This document shows, piece after piece, positions 35,269-48,244 of a stretch of 63,831 nt of DNA. Positions within the stretch are counted from its first letter, which is position 1. Each line of letters opens with the position of its first letter. The DNA lies in contig NW_027270906.1 in assembly GCF_040938485.1 (NCBI RefSeq), positions 930,001 through 993,831 of the forward strand, given 5' to 3'. The notes under the pieces were generated by a model. That model saw only the letters and a list, made by a program, of their open reading frames with translations. It had not been told where the DNA came from and searched no databases. A program made the translations under genes and the position numbers. Source of the stretch: Diadema antillarum (Eukaryota).

Positions 35269-36002
35269 ACCGTAGTGCATTTCCTTAATCTCTGTCTAGC
35301 TACAAATATTAATTGTGACAGATAAATTTAGGCATTCGGTTAGGCTATACACACGGCATTCGTGATGAAGTGCAGAACATCCGATAAATTCATTAGATTT
35401 CCTACCTTCATTGACGTTTCATTTTAATTGTTCTCATGTTGGTGTATATAACAATAAGGAAAACGATATGAGGAAGCTTACAACCTGCCGATCTCGGATA
35501 AAGTAAGCGCAACTTGATACACACGAGAGTGATCAAAGAAAAAGTTTACCTTCATATACAATGGACTGAGATTGTGCAGTAATGATTATAAGTACGGCTG
35601 TAGTATAATTCAGAAAAATATTGGTTTATTAAAATATTGCTAATACAAGTAAAAGCATGTTCTCGTACAAGATATATCAGAGTTAACTCTTGTTCTTTTT
35701 CTTTATTTTGGGTGGTTTTAAGGCAAATTTTATATCCATGCCGTTGAAATGTGAGATTTTTGTCGTTTTTGTATGTGGTGAAATGAATAAGAAGTTGAGC
35801 GCGTGACATCGTCAACTTGCTTATTTGAATATTCATAAGGACTGGTCAAAAAATGTTTTCCTAAAAAATGTGAAATTTCAAAATGCCATATCATTCTTAT
35901 TTCTTTTCCTATTTGAATTATTTTTGTATCATTCTGTAGGGAATATTTGTTTTTTCTTTCCTTTGAACTTTATTTATTTTTGTGTGTGAATTTCCTCTTT
36001 AA

Positions 36003-36430
36003 AGGACAAGTCCACCTTAATATACATGTGGAGTGAGTAAACGCAGCAATATTAGAAGAACATTTCAGTGAAAGTTTGCGAAAAATCGAACAATCCGTTC
36101 CAAAAGTTATGAATTTTTAAAGTTTCTGCGCAGTCACTGCTGGATGAGAAGACTACTACTGTGTATGATGTCACATGCATAGAACGATATAAGGAAAATA
36201 TAAAGAGAATTTCAGAAAATTTTATTTTTTTGAAAAAGTGCACATTTCCTTGACTTGTCACTGACGTATGTAATATGCTCTCTGCCTTCTGAAAGAGGCA
36301 AGTCAAGTTTTTGTTTTATTATGCCAGAAGAGTGAAAAAAAAGCGCAGTCTTCTTTATAATCTTCTTTGTATAGTTGTACGCATGTGACATCACAAGCTG
36401 TAGTAGTCTTCTCATCCAGCGGTGACGGAG
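36003..36430. mobile_element. Kolobok-like DNA element fragment
   Basis: Starts TTAA-AGGACAAG. It shares the core CTGGATGAGAAGACTACTAC with fragments near 28470-28700 and 30790-31090. Confidence 0.55.
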
Positions 36431-36855
36431 CAGAAAATTCCGGCATCGTTCTAGGAATATTCAGCCCACAGAACTCTTTAAGAGTTCTGTGATTCAGCCA
36501 TGGTTGTTCTGCTCGATTACATTTCAGCAACAGGTGGCGCTAGACCACAGTGGTGGTGTACTACATTACGACATGTTATAGTAATGACGTACAACTTTGA
36601 TATACCAGAAAAATACTTCCCTATAATTATAAGGATGTAGATATCAAAATTAATGTAAAAATAAAATATCAGCGATACTTGTATACTAAGTATAAGCTTT
36701 GTGATTAATTACTTTACGCAGCTGTTAACATAATAACTGCACTTCCCTAATAAATCTATCAAGTTTAAAAACACATTTTTTCTGCAATGCTCATCATATT
36801 GTTATCCCTTATCCCAGCTGTCGAGCTCCCGTCTTTATTCTCTTGTTCCCTGTAT

Positions 36856-37943
36856 TAGTCCATGGGCCAGGCCAGATATTGGTACCATCTGAGGTGGCAA
36901 AACCTTTTTGGTGTCATTTTGTTTGTCGGGCATAGATATGCTTATCAAGCTATGATAGCATTTCCAAATGAGTAGCTTAGTCATAGTAAATGAATTTTTA
37001 ACCAATTTGGTCTCGTTGTTATATCCCTATACTTCTGAATCGAAACTAACCGCCATACAAAGAAGAGCACTGTCTTCTGTATGTTCCATAGAGCTGTAAA
37101 ATGCAGCTCTATGGTATGTTCACAGGTGTTCTGTTGTAAACACGGTGCGCTTAGTCTTTATTCAAGGCAGCGAAGGGAATATCCAAAGGTTATGATGTCC
37201 ACAGCGCTTAGTCTATATTCTAGACGGCGAAGGGAATATCCAAAGCGTATGATACAGTGTATATCCTTTTATCTAAAAACAACAACAACAACAAAAGCAA
37301 TTCCTCGTGAATTTTACCGTATTTTTCAATCATTTATCATTTTCCGGTGAAAACGCTACGGTGGAAACGCTGATATCACGCCAATGTCGCTTTATTTCCC
37401 TCCAACAATATAAGATAATGCAAAAACAATGTACCGGTACACTACGATACATTATAATGAATGATATTGTAAATGAACAGAGTGATTTTTGTTTCAAACT
37501 GATGTATTTGTTGATAGGGTAGTATAAAAACAGTATAGATAATCCCTTTTATGAGGAACTTTAGATATGATAACGGTACATTGGTCTAGATAAAGAACTA
37601 AGCGCACTGCGTGACAGCTGTGGACATCATAACCCTTTGGATATTCCCTTCGCTGCCTTGAATAAAGAATAAGCGCACCGCGTTTACAACAGAACACCTG
37701 TGGACATACAGAAGGCAGTGCTCTTCTTTGTATGGCGGTTTAGTTTCGATTCAGAAGTATAGGGATATAAATACGAGACCAAATTGGTTAAAAATGCATT
37801 TATTATGACTAAGCTACTCATTTGGAAATGCTATCATAGCTTGATAAGCATATCTATGCCCGACAAACAAAATGACACCAACAAGGTTGTGCCACCTAAG
37901 ATGGTACCAACAACCCATTTTTCGGGTCTTGGCCCATGGACTA
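36856..37943. mobile_element. Foldback-type element with long (~330-350 bp) inverted arms
   Basis: Outer 14-bp IR TAGTCCATGGGCCA (36856-36869 and 37930-37943). The inner arms at about 36879-37230 and 37575-37910 are reverse complements of each other. Confidence 0.85.
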
Positions 37944-38032
37944 TATGGTGTCCTTTTGCTTCTCATCCAATTCTCTCCTGACCTCCGAGTATGTCCTGTC
38001 GACTCAAAGGCATGTATAAGGCCTTTTATATA

Positions 38033-38500
38033 GGGGAGACCGGGTCGAGTTGTTACACGGGCAAGTTGTTACACTGTCATTTTCTCTAGGTATGATCAAA
38101 AGAGGGCGTTACAAGTAATATCAAATCAAAACGTATAGCCAACGATCTCTGCATGCGAAATCTGGCGTTGCCTGGACGTCACATGTAGAAGATAGGTCCA
38201 AAAAAACAACAACAAAAAACACTGTTTTACCTCTCCGAGTAAAATTTTGAAAAATTCGATTTTTCTTTATTACACCAAATCCATTCTTCTCCAGTAAGTG
38301 ATGAGTATGTGGTTGAAAGAAGCGTGTTTTGGCTGTCTTTTGGTGAAAGTAGCAACACGTGATGTTTGATTGTTTATTGGCCACACGTGTGAAAAGTTTT
38401 TGAAAACGCACTGGGTCAAGTTGTTACAACAACTTGACCCGTCTGGAGAATCGAGTGGTGTAACAACTTACCCCAATGCACTTTCAATTGAATCTATGGT

Positions 38501-38544
<44 letters not shown>

Positions 38545-40054
38545 CAGACACACACACACACACACACCCACACACACCCACACACACCCAACACGCTCAT
38601 ACACCCCAGCATAGGCTAACATGCACACCCAGACAGGTTAGAATTACCTAACTCGTCAGATCTGCATTACCCGATTTGAGTTGACTTTCTACGGTGTAAC
38701 AAAAGGGCTTTTATTTCTTAGCCCCGGACTTTCCAAACCACATGAATATTCATAATTACGCTGTGTACTGTACACGTACACGCACGCACCGGCAGCACTT
38801 GATTACCTCGTTTCTGATTGGTCAGTGAGGGTCGGACTTCGTCTCCGTCGCTTAGCCCAGGATTATTTTTTCGTTCTGTTTACACTCACTTGCTTGGCAC
38901 CGCAATTGCGGTGCTAACCCCTGCTATTTTGCAGGGCCAGATAGTACCGTACTATCGGTGGGGCTAGCCCACTTTGGCAAAAACGAGTGTAAACAGAAAG
39001 TGGGCTAAGGATAGTCCCGTACCAACGGTGGGGCTAAGGCCCCCCCCCCCCCCCTTAGCCCCACCGTTGGTCCGGGGCTAAGCAAAATTTTACAAGTGTA
39101 AAAAGCCCTTAAAAAGGTCAGTTTTCTCCTTAGCCCCGGACAAGAGATAGTACGGGACTAATTGGCGAGTGTAAAAAGCTGAAAAAATTGGTACGGGACT
39201 AACGATAGTCCTGGGTCAGAGAAAGTCCGGGGTTAAGAAACACAAGTGTAAAAAGCCCTTTACACTTGTAAAATTTTGCTTAGCCCCGGACCAACGGTGG
39301 GGCTAAGGGGGGCCTTAGCCCCACCGTTGGTACGGGACTATCCTTAGCCCACTTTCTGTTTACACTCGTTTTTGCCAAAGTGGGCTAGCCCCACCGATAG
39401 TACGGTAATATCTGGCCCTGCAAAATAGCAGGGGTTAGCACCGCAATTGCGGTGCTAGCACCGCAATTGCGGTGCCAAGCAAGTGAGTGTAAACAGAACG
39501 AAAAAATAATCCTGGGCTAAGCGACGGAGACGAAGTCCGACCCTCACTGACCAATCAGAAACGAGGTCATCAAGTGCTGCCGGTGCGTGCGTGTACTTGT
39601 ACAGTACACAGCGTAATTATGAATATTCGTGTGGTTTGGAAAGTCCTGGGCTAAGAAATACGAGTGTAAAAAGGTCAGTTTTCTCCTTAGCCCCGGACAA
39701 GAGATAGTACGGGACTAATTGGCGAGTGTAAAAAGCTGAAAAAATTGGTACGGGACTAACGATAGTCCTGGGTCAGAGAAAGTCCGGGGTTAAGAAACAC
39801 AAGTGTAAAAAGCCCTAAAGTACCCCATGTGCTGTAACAACTTACCCCAACATCGGGGAAAGTTGTTACAAAATTTTGTGTTTATTGATTACGTAATATC
39901 TTGTTTATATTATCTGGACTTCCTAAGTTTGTACTGTTTTTAATTAAAGGAGGAAATAAAGTATCCTCAAAGCAAAAATGAAGCCGATTCCTCTATTCGT
40001 TTTTTGTACAGACCTAAAAATGTGAAAATTGTAACAACTAGACCCGGTCTCCCC
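38033..40054. mobile_element. pogo-like non-autonomous element hosting a nested insertion
   Basis: 25-bp TIR GGGGAGACCGGGTC(G/T)AGTTGTTACA with 1 mismatch, and TA on both flanks. Contains a (CA)n tract at about 38503-38590. Confidence 0.9.
38705..39815. mobile_element. Rearranged PIF/Harbinger-like MITE cluster (inverted plus tandem copies)
   Basis: The terminus CAAGTGTAAAAAGCCC ends at 39108, 39258 and 39815 and is followed by TTA, TTT and TAA. 38712-39101 is the reverse complement of about 39259-39660, and 39111-39258 is repeated at about 39668-39815. Confidence 0.8.
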
Positions 40055-42100
40055 TACCTTTTGTAGTGAAGGGAAGTTTGTACACATACGGAGTACAGTA
40101 TACATAATAGAGGAAAGCTGCCAGTACACTGTATTCAATAATCCTCCTGCAGTCCGGGACAGAAACGCGAGAGCAAACACAAAAGTGGGATTGTCCTCTT
40201 TGCGATAAGTTTCATCAACCACTAGCACTGATACACTCAAACGCAATAGATGATAGTTCAAGCTCTGCTAAACATCACAATCACTGTTCATTGATTGAAA
40301 AAAAAGTACATAATTTCACGTTGAGTAATAATTTATATCAAATACCAGATAATATGAAACTGAAACGCCTTTAGTAATAGGCAAGACATTTTTTTTTTCT
40401 CCCCGGGGGTGGGAGAACTATGTGTGTAAGCCTACTTATATGCAAACATATGAGCTGTACAATGAATATCTCGTGTCTTCGTTAATTTTCTTTTTTGATA
40501 ATTAAGTTAAGTTTGTCACATTTCTTACCATATGGATTTATAGTAAATTGGTCTCATACATTCTGCATGTATGCATTTTGTGTGATCAAGAAGCATTGAT
40601 AAGTTTGGTCAAGAAAGTCAAAACGTGTGAGTTGGTATGTTATAGGCTATTAGGCCGATGCATGGTTGCATGGCTTTGTATATTCGTTTATTTGGGTGAA
40701 TCTTCATCTCCCCCCCCCCCCCCTAAGTTACATGTATAGGTTACCGATTTATGTGATAAATCAGCATTCATGAGGAGAATCTCACGTGTTATTTGTTTTG
40801 TGTGTGTGTTATGTGCATGTTTCTTTGTGAATATGATTTATATTAAAGTATATTTGCACGAAATTCAAATAAAGAATACTAAACACAAATACAGTGTACT
40901 CTGAATATCTAAGCCCGGCTGCTGGACATACAAACAAAATGACCTACGTGTACTTGAATAAGTCGTCCGGAGCACGATTGCAAATTCATATTCATTGGAA
41001 AAGTGTACATGGCATTATTATATAGTGCTCTTACATTTCATTCAAACATAAAAATTTCTGTGACTTGATTATCCGTTCAATGAAACTTAAAAATGTCTTG
41101 TGGAAGTAAACATTTCCAGCTGATTTTGGTAGAGCAGACCATACAGGCCTACGCAATGCATGCGATTAAACATTACAGCTGTATTCACATATTGGTAGTT
41201 CCTAAATGTTGTATTATTTTATATTGATTATTTAGAGAAAAATATTAAGAACATGTGGAGAGATAGATACTAAAGTATCTCTATGTTCCTATAACTCCTG
41301 CCAACCTTGATAATTCCACAGTGCTAGAACTTATCTTTGGCGGGAACCCACCAGACGTTCCCCTTTTGTTCATGTATGCAGTAACAGGGATGAAATATTA
41401 ATATGACAGAACATAACTAATACGCATGTATGTATACTGTATAAGACAATTAGATTGTCTACGTAGTAGAATGTACACTATGTTCACTTTTCCAAACGGG
41501 GAAGTGCTTTATTAATTCGCTACGGTTATATTAAGTGTCGTTTTCCAGTAGGAGGCCTGTTGAAACATTCAGTCACCTTTATAGGCAGAACTGTATTTTT
41601 ACTGTACGGTGGGAGAAAAATAATGCAGGAAATACCAATTACTGTTCAGGGGAAGAAGTTACTCGATATAGTGATGACATGGGTGAATTTCTATTTCCTG
41701 TCCACCCACCTAGAAGGCAGAACACGCCAGACATACGAATCAGTAGCAAGCCGTCAATAGGACCCCTATATCGAGTACGTTATGGTACGTGTTGTGTACG
41801 GTAGGATCAGGGTGGCAGCGTGGTGTCTCTTTTCCCACCTGCCTGATAGGATCAGGGAGGTTTTGCCTTATGACCTCCCTGGTATAACAGGATCAATTCA
41901 TGAACTTGATACCAATTAATTTGTACCACTGATTGCACTTTGCATACATGAATCACTATAGTAGTTGGTATACCTAAGTGAAACCCATGAACACGATGAA
42001 CACATTAGATAATTACATTTTTTTAAACGCAACTTACACCTTAAAATTACGAAAGATTACAATTCAAGAGTATCTCAGATATCTTTTTTGATCATGTGGT

Positions 42101-42116
42101 GGCTCTGAAAAGAGCC
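42101..42116 (-). promoter_or_regulatory. Histone mRNA 3' stem-loop (H2A) with downstream element
   Basis: Minus strand GGCTCTTTTCAGAGCC-ACCACA followed by CAAAAAAGA, similar to the sea urchin CAAGAAAGA U7-binding element. Confidence 0.95.
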
Positions 42117-42153
42117 GTTTGGTCGGTTGGCGAATCACAGTAAATCGACTGAT

Positions 42154-42540
<387 letters not shown>

Positions 42541-42599
42541 TTAAGATGTGTAGTGATTTGTTCCGAAGAAAGAACTGTGCCTTGTGACGGATTCCAGCT

Positions 42600-42737
42600 A
42601 CCAATAAATAGGGTTCTGTGCGATCCGCACGCAGTCAAATTTCCTGCCACGGGGATGCAGCAGCCAATCAGAGATGAGAACCGCGATTCGCGCTAGCCTA
42701 ATTTGCATGCGAGCGATTCTGGCGCCACATGGATTGG
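42600..42737 (-). promoter_or_regulatory. H2A promoter elements
   Basis: TATTTA TATA-like box (plus 42604-42611), CCAAT boxes at 42664-42668 and 42733-42737 in opposite orientations, and octamer ATTTGCAT at 42701-42708. Confidence 0.65.
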
Positions 42738-43037
42738 CATTATGTTCCATGCAACAGCATAGCATGGATATTGTGCACAGAGCAAACAAAGGTAGCCTAT
42801 GCAGCTGTGTTATTCCCCTTTGAATGCCTTTATTACCAGCGGGCAGAGGTCTTGAAATTCTGTTTGTATGACCGGAGAATGTCCTTCGAAGGTAAATGGA
42901 TATCCCCTGCCATCGAATGAGCGAATCCCTTTGGAGATTTCGGACAATGTACATCGTATAATGCATGTAAATGGTATATAACATGTATGTGTATAGCATA
43001 GGACCCAATTCACGATAAACATGTTAGGCCCTGTGTG

Positions 43038-43049
43038 TATATATATATG

Positions 43050-43124
<75 letters not shown>
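43038..43124. repeat. Compound (TA)n(TG)n microsatellite
   Basis: Visible directly. A similar tract lies at about 51395-51480. Confidence 0.95.
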
Positions 43125-43126
<2 letters not shown>

Positions 43127-43889
43127 CGAATACATTGTATGATATACATATACTATATGCCAAATCTGTCGCAAAGGTTTGATCGCGCGCTAATCGATTT
43201 AGAATCCCGTAAAATAATAGTAACGATAAAAATGACCATTCATGGCTCCAATTACATGATGCTGTCATTTAAACAGAAGTAAAAGATAAGGATTGCTGTC
43301 AGCTGAATAATTTCGTTAGGTAATATACAACAGCTTGTAATCTCATCAGTAATTCCGCATCGCTAAAATGTTGATGTGCACTCCGATATAGAACGATGAA
43401 AGTGACTAACATGAGATCGACTAAAATCGTTCAATGTTTGAATCTATAACATTTCTAAAATACGAGCCTCAATATGTAACGAATTCAATTCAATTCAATT
43501 CATTTCAATTCAATTGTGCTTTATTTCCACTCAATGTTCGACAGAAACTATGCAAATACAAAGAATAAGTTTTGGTAAGATTGTACCAAGCAATTCAGAT
43601 CACAGATCACAAAGTTGTTTACAAAATATTAACTATGACTAGAAACAATGCATATTTTGCGATAATGATGATAAAAAAGTGAAATGTAAGATGGAAAAGA
43701 GTGATCTACTGAAAAGCGGAGCTTGTAAAACGTAGATCGCTCATAAAACAAAATGCCGAAATCATGTCTGTATCCTTGGTAGTTTCCAATGTCTTTGAAT
43801 TTTAAATTCAAAAACTCAAATTAAAAACAAAGATTTCGAAGCTAAGTGAAGCTCTTACGTATAAAATAGTGCTTAGACACGAACGAACG

Positions 43890-43928
<39 letters not shown>

Positions 43929-45125
43929 GCCTGTTCTTATATACGCATACCCTACATTCATAATCACATCTGCATGGATTCTTTTTCTATTTTATATTAA
44001 CGACTGTTTTTGCTTTTGAGTAGTTGAAATCTGCGAATACCTAACATATTCAAATGACACTATGAATTAAAATAATAAACCAGAAAAGTAGTTTATAGGG
44101 TCTAAATTATATACCCCCATCAAAAAAGACATGACTTCGCATACACTGCTCATCTGACATGAGGTTTCATAATCGCATACGGTATAGATCATGGCGTTGC
44201 AAAGGGTACTTAGTACATTATTGCACTTACTGGGCAACCTGCAATATATTATACAGTATTCACGCATGCACATCGTCTACGATCACGAAACAATTAAAAT
44301 GTCATGACGTTAGCGTATACCCTCACTCTGCATGTGTGTCTATTCCGTGATGCATTCTTCGAATGGCGCGCTTTGTCAAGTACAATTGTAATACTCTTTA
44401 GTACTTGTTGCTATATTGTGTTTTTGTAATTGTACATTACGTGTTGGCTATTGCCCAATCAAAACTTTAAAAAAAAAAGAGAAAAAAGTAACAGATTTAA
44501 AAAAGAAATTCCGTTTCGAGAGTATAAATCATCAGTTCACTGTTGAGTGTTCGATCCCCTCCACGGGCGCCGAATCAAACACCTCCACTTTTCAAGTCTT
44601 CATGACGCTCAGATATTCCTGTCATAATACAGAGTCAAGAGCTGTTCTCTATTTATCAATATTATATTATTATTATTATCGTTACACTATAATGATATTT
44701 TATTAGCATGTCACTTTTAGTCCATATAATTGTTAGTATCATCGTGGTTATATATAATCGTTTTTATCTTTTAGGTTTATTGTCCTTTTTTTCATCTCTG
44801 TTCTGTATACAGTCATGTAGGCCTACCTGTGTGCACATCTTTTGTCTTCTATTTTACTGCTGTCGAGTGTTAATATTCTTTGTAATACATGTATTTGTGT
44901 TTTTGTGTCTTGTTATTATGCATTCAATATAAGCTAATATCATTGATACTCGTAGGAGTGTTCGAATATCGAAATACTAATATCACTAACATTTGCCATC
45001 TACTTCTGTGATATCGTTCGATTAAATTTATCTCTTTCTGTGTCACGGACCTTGGACAGTGTGTAAGGTACAGCTCTATAGGTTTTTCCTGTGCCAGTCG
45101 ACACTCAAAGCAGACAAAGGATTAA

Positions 45126-45509
45126 AGGGATTGTATAGTTTTGGTTGAGACCTAATTTCAGGTTTCTAACATTTTTTGGTGAGATAATGAAAAACCTCTA
45201 TGAATAATTGTGAAAGAGCATGTAATTGTATGAGGAATTCAACGTCTATTTGATGAAAATTGGTTTTGAAATGGCTGAGATATCCAAAAAATAGCGATTC
45301 TAAGAAAGTGTGGGACCCACACTTTATTACGATCGTTTTGTTTTACTTTGTTTTTGGATGTTTCAGTCATTCCAAATCCGATTTTCATCAAATAAACTTT
45401 GAATTCCTCTTAAAATGGTATGCTCTGTACTATATTATAAGTGTTTTCTTGGTATCTCGCAAAAAGTTAACAGCCCAATTCTCATCTTCACCAATACTGT
45501 ACCATCCCT
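45126..45509. mobile_element. Kolobok-like MITE
   Basis: TTAA-AGGGATTGTATAGT...ACTGTACCATCCCT-TTAA (TTAA at 45122-45125 and 45510-45513). Confidence 0.85.
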
Positions 45510-45689
45510 TTAAAGAAGGAGATAGGAGAAATCCCTACCGATCTCCGGTTCCACAAAGTTCTGACGTACAGTATCATTCTGTCAAAGCTTTTTTGCACGT
45601 ATTCAACAAAAGTATAAAATCAAATCTCTTCTATTTCTATTCTTAATTGCATTGATTTTTCTGTCAATGAAGATTATCATTACATGACA

Positions 45690-46620
45690 AACACAATGCA
45701 CTCGAATTTTTTTCCAGGACAGTTTCAATTTTGGCAAATACAACTGTACATATCCTGACTAAGGTTTAATTGATTGGATTATAAGTAATTCTATAGAGAC
45801 AGACAAAGTTATGTCATAGTAATTGATATTATCACCCTTTATCAGATTGGAAAGAGGCATCTTTCAAAGGTGCCCTATATTCCCCCTTTCTTCGTGGGAT
45901 TTCATTCAGTACGCTCAAAAAAAGCCAAATAATTATATAGAAGGCATCAAAATTGGTAACATGGAACACAAGGTCAGCATATACTATTGCTGATACAACC
46001 TGTTTTATTGAATGGTACTAATACCTCTTTTGAACCTTTTTTTTTTAATGTGGTTGATAATTAGTTGTGGTTATAAAATTAATTTATCTGAAAGTGAGTG
46101 TTTGGCTTGGTTCAACAATAAAGGGGTCAAATGAGAGACTTTTTTGTGACAAAAGACTCATTTGGAAGGATTCATTCTTCCTTTTCTTGTCTGCATGGGG
46201 GTTAACTTCTCTGTTGGATACTATTCATGATCTCAATTTGTACAAAACTGAATTAAGATCAGTTGAATAATCCTTTGTGCTGGTTTGCGAGAAGTTTATT
46301 CTTAATTGGGAAGATGTAACTCAAAATCTTTATATCAAAACATTAATTTTACAATTTTTTGAGAATTTATTCTCAACTCTGTATTTATTCCTGAAAGATA
46401 TTTGAAGGATATTGATAATCTAGTTTTAATGTGGAGTGGTGGTAATGGTAGCGTTAAACGCATCTTTCTTTGAAATGATTATACATGTAGTTCTTGTGGT
46501 CTCAGAATGATTGATGTACGCACAGGTCTATGTTCATTTACCCTTGCTCAGAAATGAACATTGAGCAAGTCTGATGAATGTAACCAGGGTTTGTGAAAAA
46601 AAAGTGTTACTTTTATATAG
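45690..46620 (+). pseudogene. Highly degenerate L1/Tx1-like LINE RT fragment
   Basis: About 45830-46010 translates as PFIRLERGIFQRCPIFP...YIEGIKIGNMEHKVSIY, resembling RGxRQGCPLSP...GIxIG..EHKxSxYADD. MWSGG...VKR...GLRMIDV follows near 46430-46520. Confidence 0.55.
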
Positions 46621-47007
46621 GCCTACGTAGATAATACAGATATTCCTTTTACAGTTTTAGGACCTTTGCCCAAGAAGGGTTAAAAGAATCTTGTATGTCA
46701 ACTTTCAGAGTCTCTTAATTAGAACTTGGTATGTGTTCAAAACATTTTTAAACTATGGACTTGCAGAACTGCATAAGTTAGATTTGATTTAGTGTGAGAA
46801 CTTTTGCATAAAGCAATTAAGTATTTCAACATTGAACTTGAATTCGAAAAAGTTAAAATGTTGTTTTATAGAAATTTTAAAAAGTTAAAATCATGGCCGT
46901 TAAAAATGGCGCATAAAGAAAATGGACTGGAAAACGTTTAAAACTTGTTAATATCGAACAACTTTAAATGGAAGTAATGCAAGAGATTTCTTTCTGGAAT
47001 ATGTGGT

Positions 47008-47023
47008 GGCTCTAAAAAGAGCC
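47008..47023 (-). promoter_or_regulatory. Histone mRNA 3' stem-loop (H2B) with downstream element
   Basis: Minus strand GGCTCTTTTTAGAGCC-ACCACA followed by CCAGAAAGA. Confidence 0.95.
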
Positions 47024-47054
47024 GTTGGTATCCAAGAAATCGACAGAAGTCAAT

Positions 47055-47426
47055 TTACTTGGAGGTGGTGTACTTGGTGACGGCCTTGGTGCCCTCGGAC
47101 ACAGCGTGCTTGGCCAGCTCACCGGGGAGGAGGAGGCGGACAGCAGTCTGGACCTCACGGCTAGTGATGGTCGACTTCTTGTTGTAGTGGGCAAGGCGGG
47201 AAGCCTCGGCAGCGATGCGCTCGAAGACATCGTTGACGAAGCTGTTCATGATGGACATGGCACGGCTAGAGATACCAGTGTCGGGGTGGACCTGCTTCAG
47301 CACCTTGTAGATGTAGATGCCGTAGCTTTCCTTTCGCCTCCTGCGTCTCTTCTTGTCTCCGCTAGGCCTGGGGGCCTTGGCCTTCTTGGAGCCCTTCTTT
47401 CCAGCAGCTTGCGCTTTGGGTGGCAT
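47055..47426 (-). CDS. H2B: Replication-dependent histone H2B (sea urchin late-type), 123 aa
   Basis: Intronless [57 protein letters not shown]...TKYTTSK with a 3' stem-loop. Confidence 0.99.
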   Translation of the reverse strand: MPPKAQAAGKKGSKKAKAPRPSGDKKRRRRRKESYGIYIYKVLKQVHPDTGISSRAMSIMNSFVNDVFERIAAEASRLAHYNKKSTITSREVQTAVRLLLPGELAKHAVSEGTKAVTKYTTSK

Positions 47427-47480
47427 GATTGTTCACTTTGCAGTCAGAAACGAATCTGTGCTGCCAACTGGTTGCCGCGG

Positions 47481-47623
47481 ATATTTATAAGGCAGCGCCC
47501 GAGTTTGGAATTGGCGGTATATGTAAATTAGACTCCGCTGCCACCCAGCGTTCAGTTAAATTTGCATATTTATGATTTTATCGGACTCTGCGGGCGCATT
47601 GTTCGTCGCCAAATTTCCATTGG
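47481..47623 (-). promoter_or_regulatory. H2B promoter elements
   Basis: TATAAAT on the minus strand (plus 47483-47489), CCAAT boxes (plus ATTGG at 47510-47514 and 47619-47623), near-octamer ATGTAAAT at 47521-47528, and octamer ATTTGCAT at 47560-47567. Confidence 0.75.
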
Positions 47624-48244
47624 TCGATATTTATTCGATGCGCACCGCTGATTCGCCCTTTGAGCGGCGGCGAATTTATATCACTTCCTGGATAGAACAA
47701 AGCCCACTCTACCCGTGTCATGCTGTGTGGTATTTCTTGACGCTGCATAAGGATGATAATATGTGTCCCTATGACCATCGTGGTACTAGTTTATACATGT
47801 ACATGTAGCATAGGACATCTGCTTATGTTAGAGGTGCCTCCCTGACAGAGCTTACCCTTGCCCTTGCCTTTGGATATTATGTAGTGAAAATATAATAAGG
47901 CCCTAAATAATTGATGATAATGACTGTACTGGCGGTTTCTGTATTTTCACATGACAGCCAACTCATGATCGTTAGCTACTGGCATGACTGGTACGGTCTG
48001 TTCTCGGGTTTAAAAAAAAAACGTCTTTTCTGAGGAGTTTTATATCTATCTCTTTTTCTTTGTATATACTGACGTTACTGTGACTGTTCTCGAGAAGGAT
48101 TCCGTCAAGGAGCTTGTGTTGGTTTGAAGCTCCTTGATTGATGATTCCGTGATCCAGTCGTATTCCCGATGAAATACAGATTGATCTTTGGGTGCACCGT
48201 CACCAGTCGAAAACTCGTCAGGACTAACCCATGGTCACTATATA

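Noticed and set aside
38705-39815. CRISPR-like or structured ncRNA reading of the short repeats and palindromes
   Set aside because: The context is eukaryotic, there is no repeat-spacer periodicity, and MITE termini and subterminal motifs explain the pattern.
47025-47531. 168-aa ORF antisense to H2B
   Set aside because: Same antisense-shadow effect.
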